DNA from: a virus
Length of the DNA stretch: 64,000 bases
Strand: one strand, 5' to 3'
Virus record (IMG/VR): IMGVR_UViG_3300046323_000234
In this document: positions 47,464 through 57,481 of the stretch, in pieces
How the letters are laid out: every line of letters begins with the position of its first letter
Numbering within the stretch: the stretch's first letter is position 1
The notes under the pieces: generated by a model
Seen by the model: the letters and a program-made list of their open reading frames with translations, nothing else
What the model was told of the DNA's origin: nothing
Database searches by the model: none
Made by a program: the position numbers and the translations under genes

Positions 47464-50100
47464 ATGAATTTAAAGAATATAATAGAAAGTGAGATTAAAA
47501 ACTTTTTGAACGAAGATTTTAAATCAATGAAAGCACAATACCTTAAACAAGGTATTGATTCTAAAATCATTGATAACTATATTGATACATTTAAAACTAT
47601 TAAAGATTTTAGAGAACTTAATGATGATATTATTGATTTTAAAATTGATAAAGATAAACGTAAAATTATAGATAACTATAAAGATTTTCATCAGCTTGAA
47701 ACTATTGTTGATTATGTTAAAGGTAAGCGTAATATAAAAAATGCTTCATTTGAAGAAGAGGATGAAGAAGATGAAACGTTAGAATTCCCTGGGAATATTG
47801 TCCTTAAAGATGATCAGCTTGATATTAAATACGCCAATTCACCTCGTGCTTGCATTAAATATAAAGGTAAATTTCCTTATTCTTGGTGCATATCTCGTAC
47901 TGATGCATCTAATATGTTTTCAACATATAGGTTCAAAGAGAATGAACCTGCATTCTATTTTATAAAAAGAATTAAAGCAACCGAAAATGAATTTGGTGTT
48001 TGGAATATGACCAAAAATGTATTTAATGGATCGTTTAAAGATAAATATCATTTTTTTGTTGTACAAGTACATAAAAACGCTAAACTTAATAATACCACAC
48101 AACAACAATATACGGTTACATCAGCACAAAATGATGGTGATAAACTAATGTCATGGAATGATATTTTAAAATTTGCACCCGAATTAAATGGTAAACAAGA
48201 ATTAATTAAACCAATACCCTTATCACCAAAGGAAAAAGAGACATTTAATAAATATAATAGTGGAATAAGTGATGAAGAGTTTGCAAAGTTAGATTATAAA
48301 GAAAAACGTAATTACTTAGATGTATATGTTAAGATGAATAAACATATAACCGATAATCAGTTTAATGCGTTACCCGATGATCTAAAAAATTTGTATATTG
48401 GATTGGGTGTACCAATAAGTAAGTATATGTTTGATTATGTGATGAGTAATGGTAAATTAAAGAAAAGATATGATGATATATTAAGTAAAAGAATTGGTGA
48501 ATTAATAAAAGGCACTGCTGGTATTGGATTTGGTGTTGAAGAAGTATCATATAGTTTTCAGATTGGTTTATTGGATGGTGATAAATTGAATGCACAGAGT
48601 GTTAATATATTATTTAAAAACGCATCAATAGAACAAAAATACAATATGGTTAAACAAATAATTTCATATGTAAAAGATAAATTGAATTCAGATATAATTA
48701 ATAGTTTGTTATATAAATTATCAAAAGAACAAAAGTATGATATGATTAAACAAATATTTCCATATGTGAAGGATAAATTGGATTCTAGTATGATTAATAG
48801 GTTGTTAAATAACACACCACAAGAACAAAAGTATGATATGGTTAAGCAAATATTTCCATATGTGAAGGATAAATTGGATTCTAGTATGATTAATAGGTTG
48901 TTAGATAACACACCACAAGAACAAAAGTATGATATGGTTAAGCAAATATTTCCATATGTGAAGGATAAATTGGATTCTAGTATGATTAATAGGTTGTTAG
49001 ATAACACACCACAAGAACAAAAGTATGATATGGTTAAGCAAATATTTCCATATGTGAAGGATAAATTGAATTCTAGTATGATTAATAGGTTGTTAGATAA
49101 CACACCACAAGAACAAGAATATGATATGGTTAAGCAAATATTTCCATATGTGAAGGATAAATTGGATTCTAGTATGATTAATAGGTTGTTAGATAACACA
49201 CCACAAGAACAAGAATATGATATGGTTAAGCAAATATTTCCATATGTGAAGGATAAATTGAATTCAGATATAATTAATAGTTTGTTATATAAATTATCAA
49301 AAGAACAAAAGTATGATATGGTTAAGCAAATATTTCCATATGTGAAGGATAAATTGGAATGGGATGTGGTTCGTATTTTATTATATTTTACACCACAAGA
49401 ACAAAAGTATGATATGGTTAAGCAAATATTTCCATATGTAAAAGATAAATTAGATTTAGATATAATTAATAGTTTGTTAACACATACGCCACAAGAACAT
49501 AAACAAGAGATACAATCATTAATAGATAAATATAAAAATAATCAATCAGCAATAAATGAAAGAATGATTAATAAATCAAAACAAAATATTGATATTATTA
49601 ATATAATAACAGAAGAATTAAATAATATTACAAATCCAAACAAAAGTTTCAACAGAAACGAATATTTAAGATGGAAGCGTAATAATGTTACATTGAGGGG
49701 TATTTCTGGAAATGTTGGTGAAGAAAACAATGCTGGTGCTATGTTTGGTAGTGGATTATATACAGCAGCTTTATCAAATAAAGCTATGGCTAAAAAATAT
49801 GGTCAAGTTTATTTTGTTTTAAATGCGATACCAAAAAAACCAAAAGTTTTTAACGACACAAATATGGCAGAAATTTTTCAACAACAACTTGTAACCAATT
49901 TTTGCAAAAAACATAATGTACCTAGAAGTAATCATTTCTTTAGTGAAAAGACAACAATTAGTGATGAGATGAAAAATATTGGATATGATGGATTGGTAAT
50001 AAAAGGACGTGAAATGGTTAATTATTCACCACCAGATAATGTTAAATATTTTAACAACGAAAATCAATTAATCCAATACTACGAAGATTTTGTTAAATAA
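47464..50100 (+). CDS. polyvalent protein: leader + WC-motif domain + 32-aa helical repeats + C-terminal ADP-ribosyltransferase-like domain
   Basis: MNLKNIIESEI..FLNE; SWCISR...MF..YR; repeats; LRG...FGSGLYT...AKKYG.V...GYDGLVI..REMV. Confidence 0.65.
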   Translation: MNLKNIIESEIKNFLNEDFKSMKAQYLKQGIDSKIIDNYIDTFKTIKDFRELNDDIIDFKIDKDKRKIIDNYKDFHQLETIVDYVKGKRNIKNASFEEEDEEDETLEFPGNIVLKDDQLDIKYANSPRACIKYKGKFPYSWCISRTDASNMFSTYRFKENEPAFYFIKRIKATENEFGVWNMTKNVFNGSFKDKYHFFVVQVHKNAKLNNTTQQQYTVTSAQNDGDKLMSWNDILKFAPELNGKQELIKPIPLSPKEKETFNKYNSGISDEEFAKLDYKEKRNYLDVYVKMNKHITDNQFNALPDDLKNLYIGLGVPISKYMFDYVMSNGKLKKRYDDILSKRIGELIKGTAGIGFGVEEVSYSFQIGLLDGDKLNAQSVNILFKNASIEQKYNMVKQIISYVKDKLNSDIINSLLYKLSKEQKYDMIKQIFPYVKDKLDSSMINRLLNNTPQEQKYDMVKQIFPYVKDKLDSSMINRLLDNTPQEQKYDMVKQIFPYVKDKLDSSMINRLLDNTPQEQKYDMVKQIFPYVKDKLNSSMINRLLDNTPQEQEYDMVKQIFPYVKDKLDSSMINRLLDNTPQEQEYDMVKQIFPYVKDKLNSDIINSLLYKLSKEQKYDMVKQIFPYVKDKLEWDVVRILLYFTPQEQKYDMVKQIFPYVKDKLDLDIINSLLTHTPQEHKQEIQSLIDKYKNNQSAINERMINKSKQNIDIINIITEELNNITNPNKSFNRNEYLRWKRNNVTLRGISGNVGEENNAGAMFGSGLYTAALSNKAMAKKYGQVYFVLNAIPKKPKVFNDTNMAEIFQQQLVTNFCKKHNVPRSNHFFSEKTTISDEMKNIGYDGLVIKGREMVNYSPPDNVKYFNNENQLIQYYEDFVK
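48631..49500 (+). repeat. nine tandem 96-bp (32-aa) repeats
   Basis: Units start at 48631, 48727, 48823, 48919, 49015, 49111, 49207, 49303, 49399 (partial at 49495); consensus EQKYDMVKQIFPYVKDKLDSSMINRLLDNTPQ. Confidence 0.95.
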
Positions 50101-50136
50101 TTAATCCAAATCTATTTATATGAAAGTATATAGAAA

Positions 50137-53100
50137 TTGGCAACAAGAAGAGTCATTAATGGTAATATAAATTATGATTTGGTTGGTGGTTCTTTTAAGA
50201 ATTCTCCATCACAAACCCTATTCAGTGCAGGTGATTTCTCATTAGAGACAAATCTATCAAATAGAAACATCAGAAATTATAATAATGTTCTGGGTGTATT
50301 TCTTGAACCAATTACATTGGAGAACATCAATCTAACAGTTGATGAATCCAAAACAATCTCCACATTATCACAAAGATTATTATTAAACTACGATAAGACA
50401 GATCTAAACAACTATGCCAAGTTTGGATCATTAGCTGAATATATTAGAATTTCTATTGAAGAGATTATAACAAAATTTCCAGCTAGTATGTATGTACCCA
50501 ACATATTTGATAGACAGATGTATAATACTGTTAATGATTATTCATATGATATATATTCAAATACTGCAACATTTAGAACACCAATTGCGCCAATCGAAAA
50601 CAATTTCGGATTAATATATGATTATGGCAATAGTCAATATCCAGAGGGATTGGAGATTAGAAATTTAAATCTATCATATAACTTATATTCAATATTTAGA
50701 AACACATCAAGAACAACAGAGTATAATATTATTGGATTTACTGGATATTCAGATACTAGCATATATTTTAAAGTTAGTGGTAATCCATTTACTGAATTAA
50801 CTGTTACAACTGGATTAACAACATTATCGACAACATTTCATATTAAACCAAATTTCTCAACATATAATAAAGCAATAAAAGATTTATCTGATTTTGAAGA
50901 ATTTTTGTTAGCAAATAAATCAATTGACGGTTATATAATTAAGTTAAAAATACCACAGCAAAATGATAGGGGTGAGAGTGTATTAATTGACACTCAAATA
51001 TTATGGCCAACAAGTGATGGTTATAATATTGATATATCTGGTTCGGAATACGGTGAATTTTTACAAAGATTATATAATGTCGGAGTTCAATATGATGATT
51101 ATAAAACCGATCTAATATATAGATTTTTAACACCACAATCATTAAAATCGTATGATTTAACATCAGATCAAAAAATATCAAAATTACTTAGAGTATATGG
51201 TAGAGAATTTGATGAAATAAAACGTTTCATTGATTCAATATCATATTTAAATAAAATTAATTATGATAAGAAAAATAACATACCAGATGTATTAATTAAA
51301 AATTTTGCAAGGGTATTTGGTTGGGATACATTTAACTTAGTTGATGAAAATGATTTATTAAAAAGATTTTTCGGTGATAGTTCTAGTGAAGATAGTGAAT
51401 CATATCTACCAGCAGAAGTTGATATTGAATTATGGAGAAGAATTGTTTTAAACACTAATTACTTTTGGAAATCAAAGGGAACTAGAGAAGCTATTAGATC
51501 AATGTTCTTATTCTTAGGAATACCAGATTCATTAATATCAATCAATGAGTATGTTTATACTGTAGATGAAAAAATAAATGTTGACACTATTGAATTGGCA
51601 ATCGATATTAGATCGACATCCAATCCATATAATTCTGAAGGTTATCCAATATCACCATTAGAAGATTCTAGATTTTATTTTCAATTAAGTGGAAATACCG
51701 ATGGTGGTAATGCTTATATGGATAATTTTAGGAATGTTGGATTTAAATTAAATAGAACAGTAGATAATAAAAAATCATGGACGTATACTGGTGCGACAGT
51801 TAGGAATGATACTGAAACTAATTATACACAAAATGATAGTAAATTAATAATTAATACAAAAGAGATTGATGTATCATTTGATATAGCTAGAGGTATTGAA
51901 TATGAATTTTATAAATATAATAGTTTATATAACTATCCAATATCATCAACTGGCGTTACTATGCCATTTTTATATATAAACATTCCTTTGGATATAACTG
52001 GTTCATCACAAACTAATTTTATTATTCCAGAAGAACAGTTAGGTGATATACAAGTAAATATAAATGGTATTACATTGGCCATCGGTACAATCCCAGGCGA
52101 AAACGATTATTATATCAATCCATTAAACGAGCAAGAAATTATATTAAACGTATCTGCATATAAAAACTATGTTGGATTTAATGATACAATATCTGTTACA
52201 TATACAGTAGATAGAAGCGGTGTATTAACATCAGCAACTGTTAAATATGTTGTAACAAAATTTGCCGTAACATCTGATGGTCAAACTGTATTTACACTAC
52301 CAAAAGAACCTGCTGGTGATGTTCAATTAACATTAAATGGTGTAACATTAACAAAAGGTATTGGTGCAACTGACGGTGATTATATAATAAACCCATCAAA
52401 TCGAAAAGAGGTTATTGTAAGATCATCAATATTGGGTGCATATTTAAAAACAACAGATACAATTGTAATAACATATTTGGAAATTAATGATACATCAATA
52501 TTGGTTGAAAAATATTCAGATTTTCATAGAGTAACATCATTGTTCGCTAGTAACTTCTATTATAATTCATTGCTTAATAAGTTTACATATATAATGCAAT
52601 ATAGTGCATTTAATGAATACGCAATGAAAGTTATAGTAAATGGTATAACTTTAACTAATGATGTTGATTTTACATTATCATCAACAAATAAAAAACAAAT
52701 ATTTTTTAACGCACCACTTAGGATTGGTGATACAATAAATATATTTTATTATATTAATACTGGTGATGCTGGTTTAGGTGCATATAGTTTTAGTGATGGA
52801 AGTATTGCATCTGAGATGACGTTCTTGGAATTTATTAATAAAATAACACGAGAATTTATTGATGCAAAAGATAGAAAGATTATTACAAATTATGAAGGTG
52901 GTTACTACCCAACATTATCAACATTGTATGATTTATACTATAATGGACAAACTCAAAGTGGTACGACATTTTTAAATAATTATAATTTTATAAAGTTATA
53001 TAAATACCTAAACAATTTTAATGGGTATTTTCAAACATTTGTATCACAATTATTGCCAGCAACAGCAATTTTAAGAAAAGGTGGTATATCAATCCGAAAT

Positions 53101-54285
53101 ACAATTTTTCATCAACAAAAATTCACATATAAAGCTGGATATTATGATAGTGGAAAATCAGATTATGGATCTGAATTTGTTGTAACATCACAAGATTTTA
53201 TGGATTTTGGAAATGGTTTTAATAATACGGTAAATACAGCATTAAAGTTGGATGATGGTTATTTGATTGGTGGAAGTTTCACATCATATAGTGCAAATAC
53301 TGGTAACATATCAGCTAATAGATTAATAAATTTAAATAATAGAGGTTATGTTAATAATAATTTTATTATTGGTTCTGGTTTTAGTGATGGAATTGTTTAT
53401 AAAATATTAAGAACACATGATAATAAGTATTTAATGTGTGGTTCATTTACATCATATAATGGCACATCATCTAATAGAATTGTAAAATTAAATATTGATG
53501 GAACTATTGATTCAACCTTCACAACTGGTAGTGGATTTGGTAATCAAGTATATGATATGTCAATCCAATCCGATGGTAAAATACTTGTCGGTGGAGAATT
53601 TACATCATATAGTGGTGTAACTACCAGAAATAGAATCATTAGATTAAATTCTGGTGGTACAATTGATAATACGTTTCAGATTGGATCTGGTTTTGATACT
53701 ATAGTTAGAACGTTAGCTATTCAATCTGATGGTAAAATACTTGTCGGTGGAGAATTTACATCATATAGTGGTGTTTCTAAAAGTAGAATTATTAGATTAA
53801 ATACTGGTGGAACTATTGATGAAACTTTTCAGATTGGTACTGGTTTTAGTGGCAGTGGTTTAGTGTTAGATATTGAACAACAATCCGATGGTAAAATACT
53901 TGTTGGTGGTAGTATTGAAAGTTATGATGTTGAACCATCATTAAATAATATTATTAGATTAAATTCAGACGGTAGTGTTGATACAATATTTGGAGATGGT
54001 TTCGATGGTACTGTTAGAGCAATAAAACAACAATCAAATAATAAAATATTAGTTGGTGGTGATTTTCAAATATATAGTGGTATAACATCAAATAAAATTA
54101 TTAGATTAAATACTAACGGTAGTGTTGATTCAACATTTGGTGATGGATTTGCTGGCTCAGTTACAAATATTCTAATCAATTCAGATGATGAAATTATAAT
54201 AATGGGTGATTATAATACATATGATGGACAGGTTGCCAATGATATTATTAGAATTAATAATGATGGAAATAAAACATCGGATTAA
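50137..54285 (+). CDS. large baseplate/tail protein with VNG..L modules and C-terminal delta-60 beta-propeller
   Basis: FGSL, EFDEIK.FID, NIPD.L....A..FGW, WRR.VLN......KSKGTR.AI; C-terminal QSDGKILVGG.F repeats; late motif at 50112. Confidence 0.75.
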   Translation: MATRRVINGNINYDLVGGSFKNSPSQTLFSAGDFSLETNLSNRNIRNYNNVLGVFLEPITLENINLTVDESKTISTLSQRLLLNYDKTDLNNYAKFGSLAEYIRISIEEIITKFPASMYVPNIFDRQMYNTVNDYSYDIYSNTATFRTPIAPIENNFGLIYDYGNSQYPEGLEIRNLNLSYNLYSIFRNTSRTTEYNIIGFTGYSDTSIYFKVSGNPFTELTVTTGLTTLSTTFHIKPNFSTYNKAIKDLSDFEEFLLANKSIDGYIIKLKIPQQNDRGESVLIDTQILWPTSDGYNIDISGSEYGEFLQRLYNVGVQYDDYKTDLIYRFLTPQSLKSYDLTSDQKISKLLRVYGREFDEIKRFIDSISYLNKINYDKKNNIPDVLIKNFARVFGWDTFNLVDENDLLKRFFGDSSSEDSESYLPAEVDIELWRRIVLNTNYFWKSKGTREAIRSMFLFLGIPDSLISINEYVYTVDEKINVDTIELAIDIRSTSNPYNSEGYPISPLEDSRFYFQLSGNTDGGNAYMDNFRNVGFKLNRTVDNKKSWTYTGATVRNDTETNYTQNDSKLIINTKEIDVSFDIARGIEYEFYKYNSLYNYPISSTGVTMPFLYINIPLDITGSSQTNFIIPEEQLGDIQVNINGITLAIGTIPGENDYYINPLNEQEIILNVSAYKNYVGFNDTISVTYTVDRSGVLTSATVKYVVTKFAVTSDGQTVFTLPKEPAGDVQLTLNGVTLTKGIGATDGDYIINPSNRKEVIVRSSILGAYLKTTDTIVITYLEINDTSILVEKYSDFHRVTSLFASNFYYNSLLNKFTYIMQYSAFNEYAMKVIVNGITLTNDVDFTLSSTNKKQIFFNAPLRIGDTINIFYYINTGDAGLGAYSFSDGSIASEMTFLEFINKITREFIDAKDRKIITNYEGGYYPTLSTLYDLYYNGQTQSGTTFLNNYNFIKLYKYLNNFNGYFQTFVSQLLPATAILRKGGISIRNTIFHQQKFTYKAGYYDSGKSDYGSEFVVTSQDFMDFGNGFNNTVNTALKLDDGYLIGGSFTSYSANTGNISANRLINLNNRGYVNNNFIIGSGFSDGIVYKILRTHDNKYLMCGSFTSYNGTSSNRIVKLNIDGTIDSTFTTGSGFGNQVYDMSIQSDGKILVGGEFTSYSGVTTRNRIIRLNSGGTIDNTFQIGSGFDTIVRTLAIQSDGKILVGGEFTSYSGVSKSRIIRLNTGGTIDETFQIGTGFSGSGLVLDIEQQSDGKILVGGSIESYDVEPSLNNIIRLNSDGSVDTIFGDGFDGTVRAIKQQSNNKILVGGDFQIYSGITSNKIIRLNTNGSVDSTFGDGFAGSVTNILINSDDEIIIMGDYNTYDGQVANDIIRINNDGNKTSD

Positions 54286-54323
54286 TTTTTATTAAAACTA
54301 TTTATATAAAATGCATTAATTAA

Positions 54324-55898
54324 ATGAGTTTTATAATAAAAGATTCACCAATAACATTAAATATTAAATTAACAACACTAGGAAGAAAAAAACTTTCCGA
54401 AGGTAATTTACAGTTTAAAAAATGGGCAATTGGTGATAGTGAAATAAATTATGAATTTGCATCAGAAACATCTTTTGATTTAACAGATGGAATGGTTTTA
54501 AGACCTAAAGATGTAAACCCATCAATCAAATCATATATAAAGGAAAATCCAGATAGTGAATCAAATTACACAACAATATCAAGCGTTGATTCAACTGAAA
54601 TTACTGTAATCAATACGGCTAGTGAAAGAGGTTTCTTTTTAAGGTCAGGTTCAACATTTACATTAGACTTAGATCAAACAAGACAACCACATTTACTAAT
54701 ACGCAATCATCAATTAAATACTACTGGTAAAACTACATTATCACTTGTGCAATCATCTGCTTATGGATTGGTATTAAATGAACCACAAGTAAATGATTTT
54801 ATATTAATTGGGTGGAGAAATCCAAGATTGACTGGTACAAGTTTATTACAAAATAGTATAATAGATATTAATTCACCAATACCATTCATATGGTATAAAA
54901 TACAAGATATTATATCAGGTACATCAATTGCTTTAAATAATTTACAAATCACCGTTGATAAAAATTTACCAAACTTTAATGGTATATCAGGTACATCATT
55001 TGCTATTGTATATCCAAATGCTAGTGGATATACATCGACAAATACATCAGAATATGATTCAATGAAAAATTATTATGATAATGTTGGTGATGTTAGAGTA
55101 TGGAATATGTCAATTATTTATGGTGATACACTAGCTGGTACTTTAGCAAATTATAAAAATAAATCAACATATAAAACAAAAAAATATTCTGGCGATATAG
55201 TTTATATTGCTCAAAGTGCATATACTGAAAATAGTTTTGCAACATATGGAACAACATTGAGAAATGTTGGAATAATCCATTATACAAATAGTTCAATAAC
55301 AAATAACTATGGTGAATCATTAGATTCAAATACACCAGTATTGGATTTGCCAACAATAATGTGGCATTATAATACTGGTAATACATTAGGATTAACATTA
55401 AGTTGTGGTAATGAAAGAAAAACACTTAATGGATTGGATTCATACTATTATGATTTAGGTGATGAAGATGGAAATGTTGTTGGTAAATGTTTTATTGATT
55501 TAAAAATATTTGTAATTGAAGATCAAGAACTATTACATGCAATGTCGTATAAATCCAATCGAAATTGGACTATTCCTGAATGCTCTGCTGGATTTAATAT
55601 TAGTACATGTGTTAACCCTTGTTCAATTGAATTTGATTATATAAATGTAACACAACCGACAGTTATAACTGGTGGAACTATTGAAATTATTGCTAGTGGT
55701 TATAGTGGAACAATTTATTATTCAAATGATAATGGTGTTACATATCAAACAAGTAATATATTCTATAATGTGTCTGCTGGTAATTATATGATTAGAATTA
55801 AAGATATAACCAAAGATGGATGTGTTGCCACTGCACTTGTAACATTAACAACAGATGCTGCTGATTTTAGTATTGACTTTAGTGATGACTTTGGTTAA
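54324..55898 (+). CDS. baseplate / tail structural protein
   Basis: LTTLGRKKL..G......WAIGDSEINY; C-terminal SprB-like YSNDNG.TYQ.SN.F.N...G.Y.I.IKD. Confidence 0.65.
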   Translation: MSFIIKDSPITLNIKLTTLGRKKLSEGNLQFKKWAIGDSEINYEFASETSFDLTDGMVLRPKDVNPSIKSYIKENPDSESNYTTISSVDSTEITVINTASERGFFLRSGSTFTLDLDQTRQPHLLIRNHQLNTTGKTTLSLVQSSAYGLVLNEPQVNDFILIGWRNPRLTGTSLLQNSIIDINSPIPFIWYKIQDIISGTSIALNNLQITVDKNLPNFNGISGTSFAIVYPNASGYTSTNTSEYDSMKNYYDNVGDVRVWNMSIIYGDTLAGTLANYKNKSTYKTKKYSGDIVYIAQSAYTENSFATYGTTLRNVGIIHYTNSSITNNYGESLDSNTPVLDLPTIMWHYNTGNTLGLTLSCGNERKTLNGLDSYYYDLGDEDGNVVGKCFIDLKIFVIEDQELLHAMSYKSNRNWTIPECSAGFNISTCVNPCSIEFDYINVTQPTVITGGTIEIIASGYSGTIYYSNDNGVTYQTSNIFYNVSAGNYMIRIKDITKDGCVATALVTLTTDAADFSIDFSDDFG

Positions 55899-55932
55899 AA
55901 TAAATAAACTATTTATATAAAACAATAATATA

Positions 55933-56481
55933 ATGGCCCAAAAAAGCTACAACAATTTATATACAGGTATAACAAGTACAATTAAAAATAATAGTTTAAA
56001 AAGTATTAGTGGGATTACTTTACAAAATGCTTTAATCGATATTGTTGATAGTACATTTGGTGCTTTCAGTGGAAATACTGGTGGTAATAATAAAACGGCA
56101 ACTGGTATAACCACAACATATGTTGATAGTTCAAGTGTTGTTAGTGAAGTAACAGTAAAAAGTAAAATATTAGAAATTGGTGATTGGGATATGGATACTA
56201 ACGATTCAAAAAGTGTCGCTAGTGGTATTTCTAGTTTAGAAACAAAATTAAGATTGGTTAGTATTATGGTTAGAAATGATTCTGCTACTGAATTAAATCC
56301 ATTTTTATGTACAATAAGACAAATAGCTGGTGGTAGTTTGTATGAAGGTGAAGGTGGTATAAATATATCAACAGATGATTTAATATATTTAAGAAGAAAA
56401 ACTGCTGGAATATATGACAGCACTGAATATAATTCAACATCATATAACAGAGGTTGGATTTATATAACATATCAAGAATAA
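55933..56481 (+). CDS. virion-associated protein
   Basis: Late motif at 55907; EIGDWDMD, NRGWI. Confidence 0.55.
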   Translation: MAQKSYNNLYTGITSTIKNNSLKSISGITLQNALIDIVDSTFGAFSGNTGGNNKTATGITTTYVDSSSVVSEVTVKSKILEIGDWDMDTNDSKSVASGISSLETKLRLVSIMVRNDSATELNPFLCTIRQIAGGSLYEGEGGINISTDDLIYLRRKTAGIYDSTEYNSTSYNRGWIYITYQE

Positions 56482-56483
56482 AA

Positions 56484-57233
56484 ATGGCACAAGCATTACC
56501 AACAACAGTATTTATAACATATTTGTTTGAAAATGATCAAACATATTTATCTGGTTCAACATATGGATTCCAGACACCAATCCATTGTGCGTATATTCAA
56601 AAATTAACCACAGATGATTATAGAGGGAAAAAAATAAACTTCACATTTAATGAAGATTTATTTCCATTTATGAAATCAACAAGTGAAATGAATGGATTGG
56701 GTTGGAATGCGAATAGAATTAAAGCACTTGTTCAAAAATATGATTATGTTGATGAAACACTTAGGCCAGATCCAACATTATGGAAAATAATTGATGTAAC
56801 CAATCAAATATCTGGTTTTGCCACGTTTTCAGCCACTACAATCAATCCAAATGATTTGGTAGGTGTTATCTTCAGTATTAGTGATTCGTTATACGAGAGT
56901 GCAAGTATATATGATTTAGACCAATATTTAAATCTACCTGAAACAATTGATGATGACAATAAACTAAATTTCGGTGATGAAACATTTTTTTATGGAAATA
57001 TTACAACCGATATTAATGCAACCATACAAAGAAGTAATATTAATATATTCCTACCATTAAACACATATAATAATAGTACCAATCCAACATGGGAACAAAA
57101 TACACCAGTATATATAACAGAGATTGGTATTTATGATGATAATAATGATTTGGTTGGCATCGCTAAACTAAATTATCCAATCGATAAAGATAATACCAAA
57201 ACAAGAACTTTTGATTTTGGAATGGATTTTTAA
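56484..57233 (+). CDS. baseplate structural protein
   Basis: C-terminal STNPTW...YITEIGIYDDNNDLVGIAKL..PI; ATG at 56484 (MAQALP) preferred. Confidence 0.7.
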   Translation: MAQALPTTVFITYLFENDQTYLSGSTYGFQTPIHCAYIQKLTTDDYRGKKINFTFNEDLFPFMKSTSEMNGLGWNANRIKALVQKYDYVDETLRPDPTLWKIIDVTNQISGFATFSATTINPNDLVGVIFSISDSLYESASIYDLDQYLNLPETIDDDNKLNFGDETFFYGNITTDINATIQRSNINIFLPLNTYNNSTNPTWEQNTPVYITEIGIYDDNNDLVGIAKLNYPIDKDNTKTRTFDFGMDF

Positions 57234-57307
57234 TATTTTTTTATAAAAATTAATAAAATTTTATAAGAATTTATTTTTTCATACTATTTATAATAAATAA
57301 ATATTAT

Positions 57308-57457
57308 ATGAAAATTAAAAAATCAAAATCTGTATTAATATCAGATGATACTCACGATAAATTAAAAAAGCATTGTGACGTAAATAACCTAAAAATTGGG
57401 CCATATGTTGAGAATGTAATAAATAAAGACATCGAGAAAACCGAAGTCAAAAATTAA
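57308..57457 (+). CDS. small ribbon-helix-helix-like DNA-binding protein (49 aa, not in ORF track)
   Basis: MKIKKSKSVLISDDTHDKLKKHCDVNNLKIGPYVENVINKDI...; motif at 57282 upstream. Confidence 0.6.
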   Translation: MKIKKSKSVLISDDTHDKLKKHCDVNNLKIGPYVENVINKDIEKTEVKN

Positions 57458-57481
57458 TTATTATATTTTATAAATAACAAA

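Noticed and set aside
48558-49199. Minus-strand 213-aa repeat ORF and the other antisense ORFs in the track
   Set aside because: Shadows of + strand genes with no independent motifs or expression signals
48631-49500. CRISPR array
   Set aside because: The 96-bp units are in-frame coding repeats without unique spacers; no cas genes
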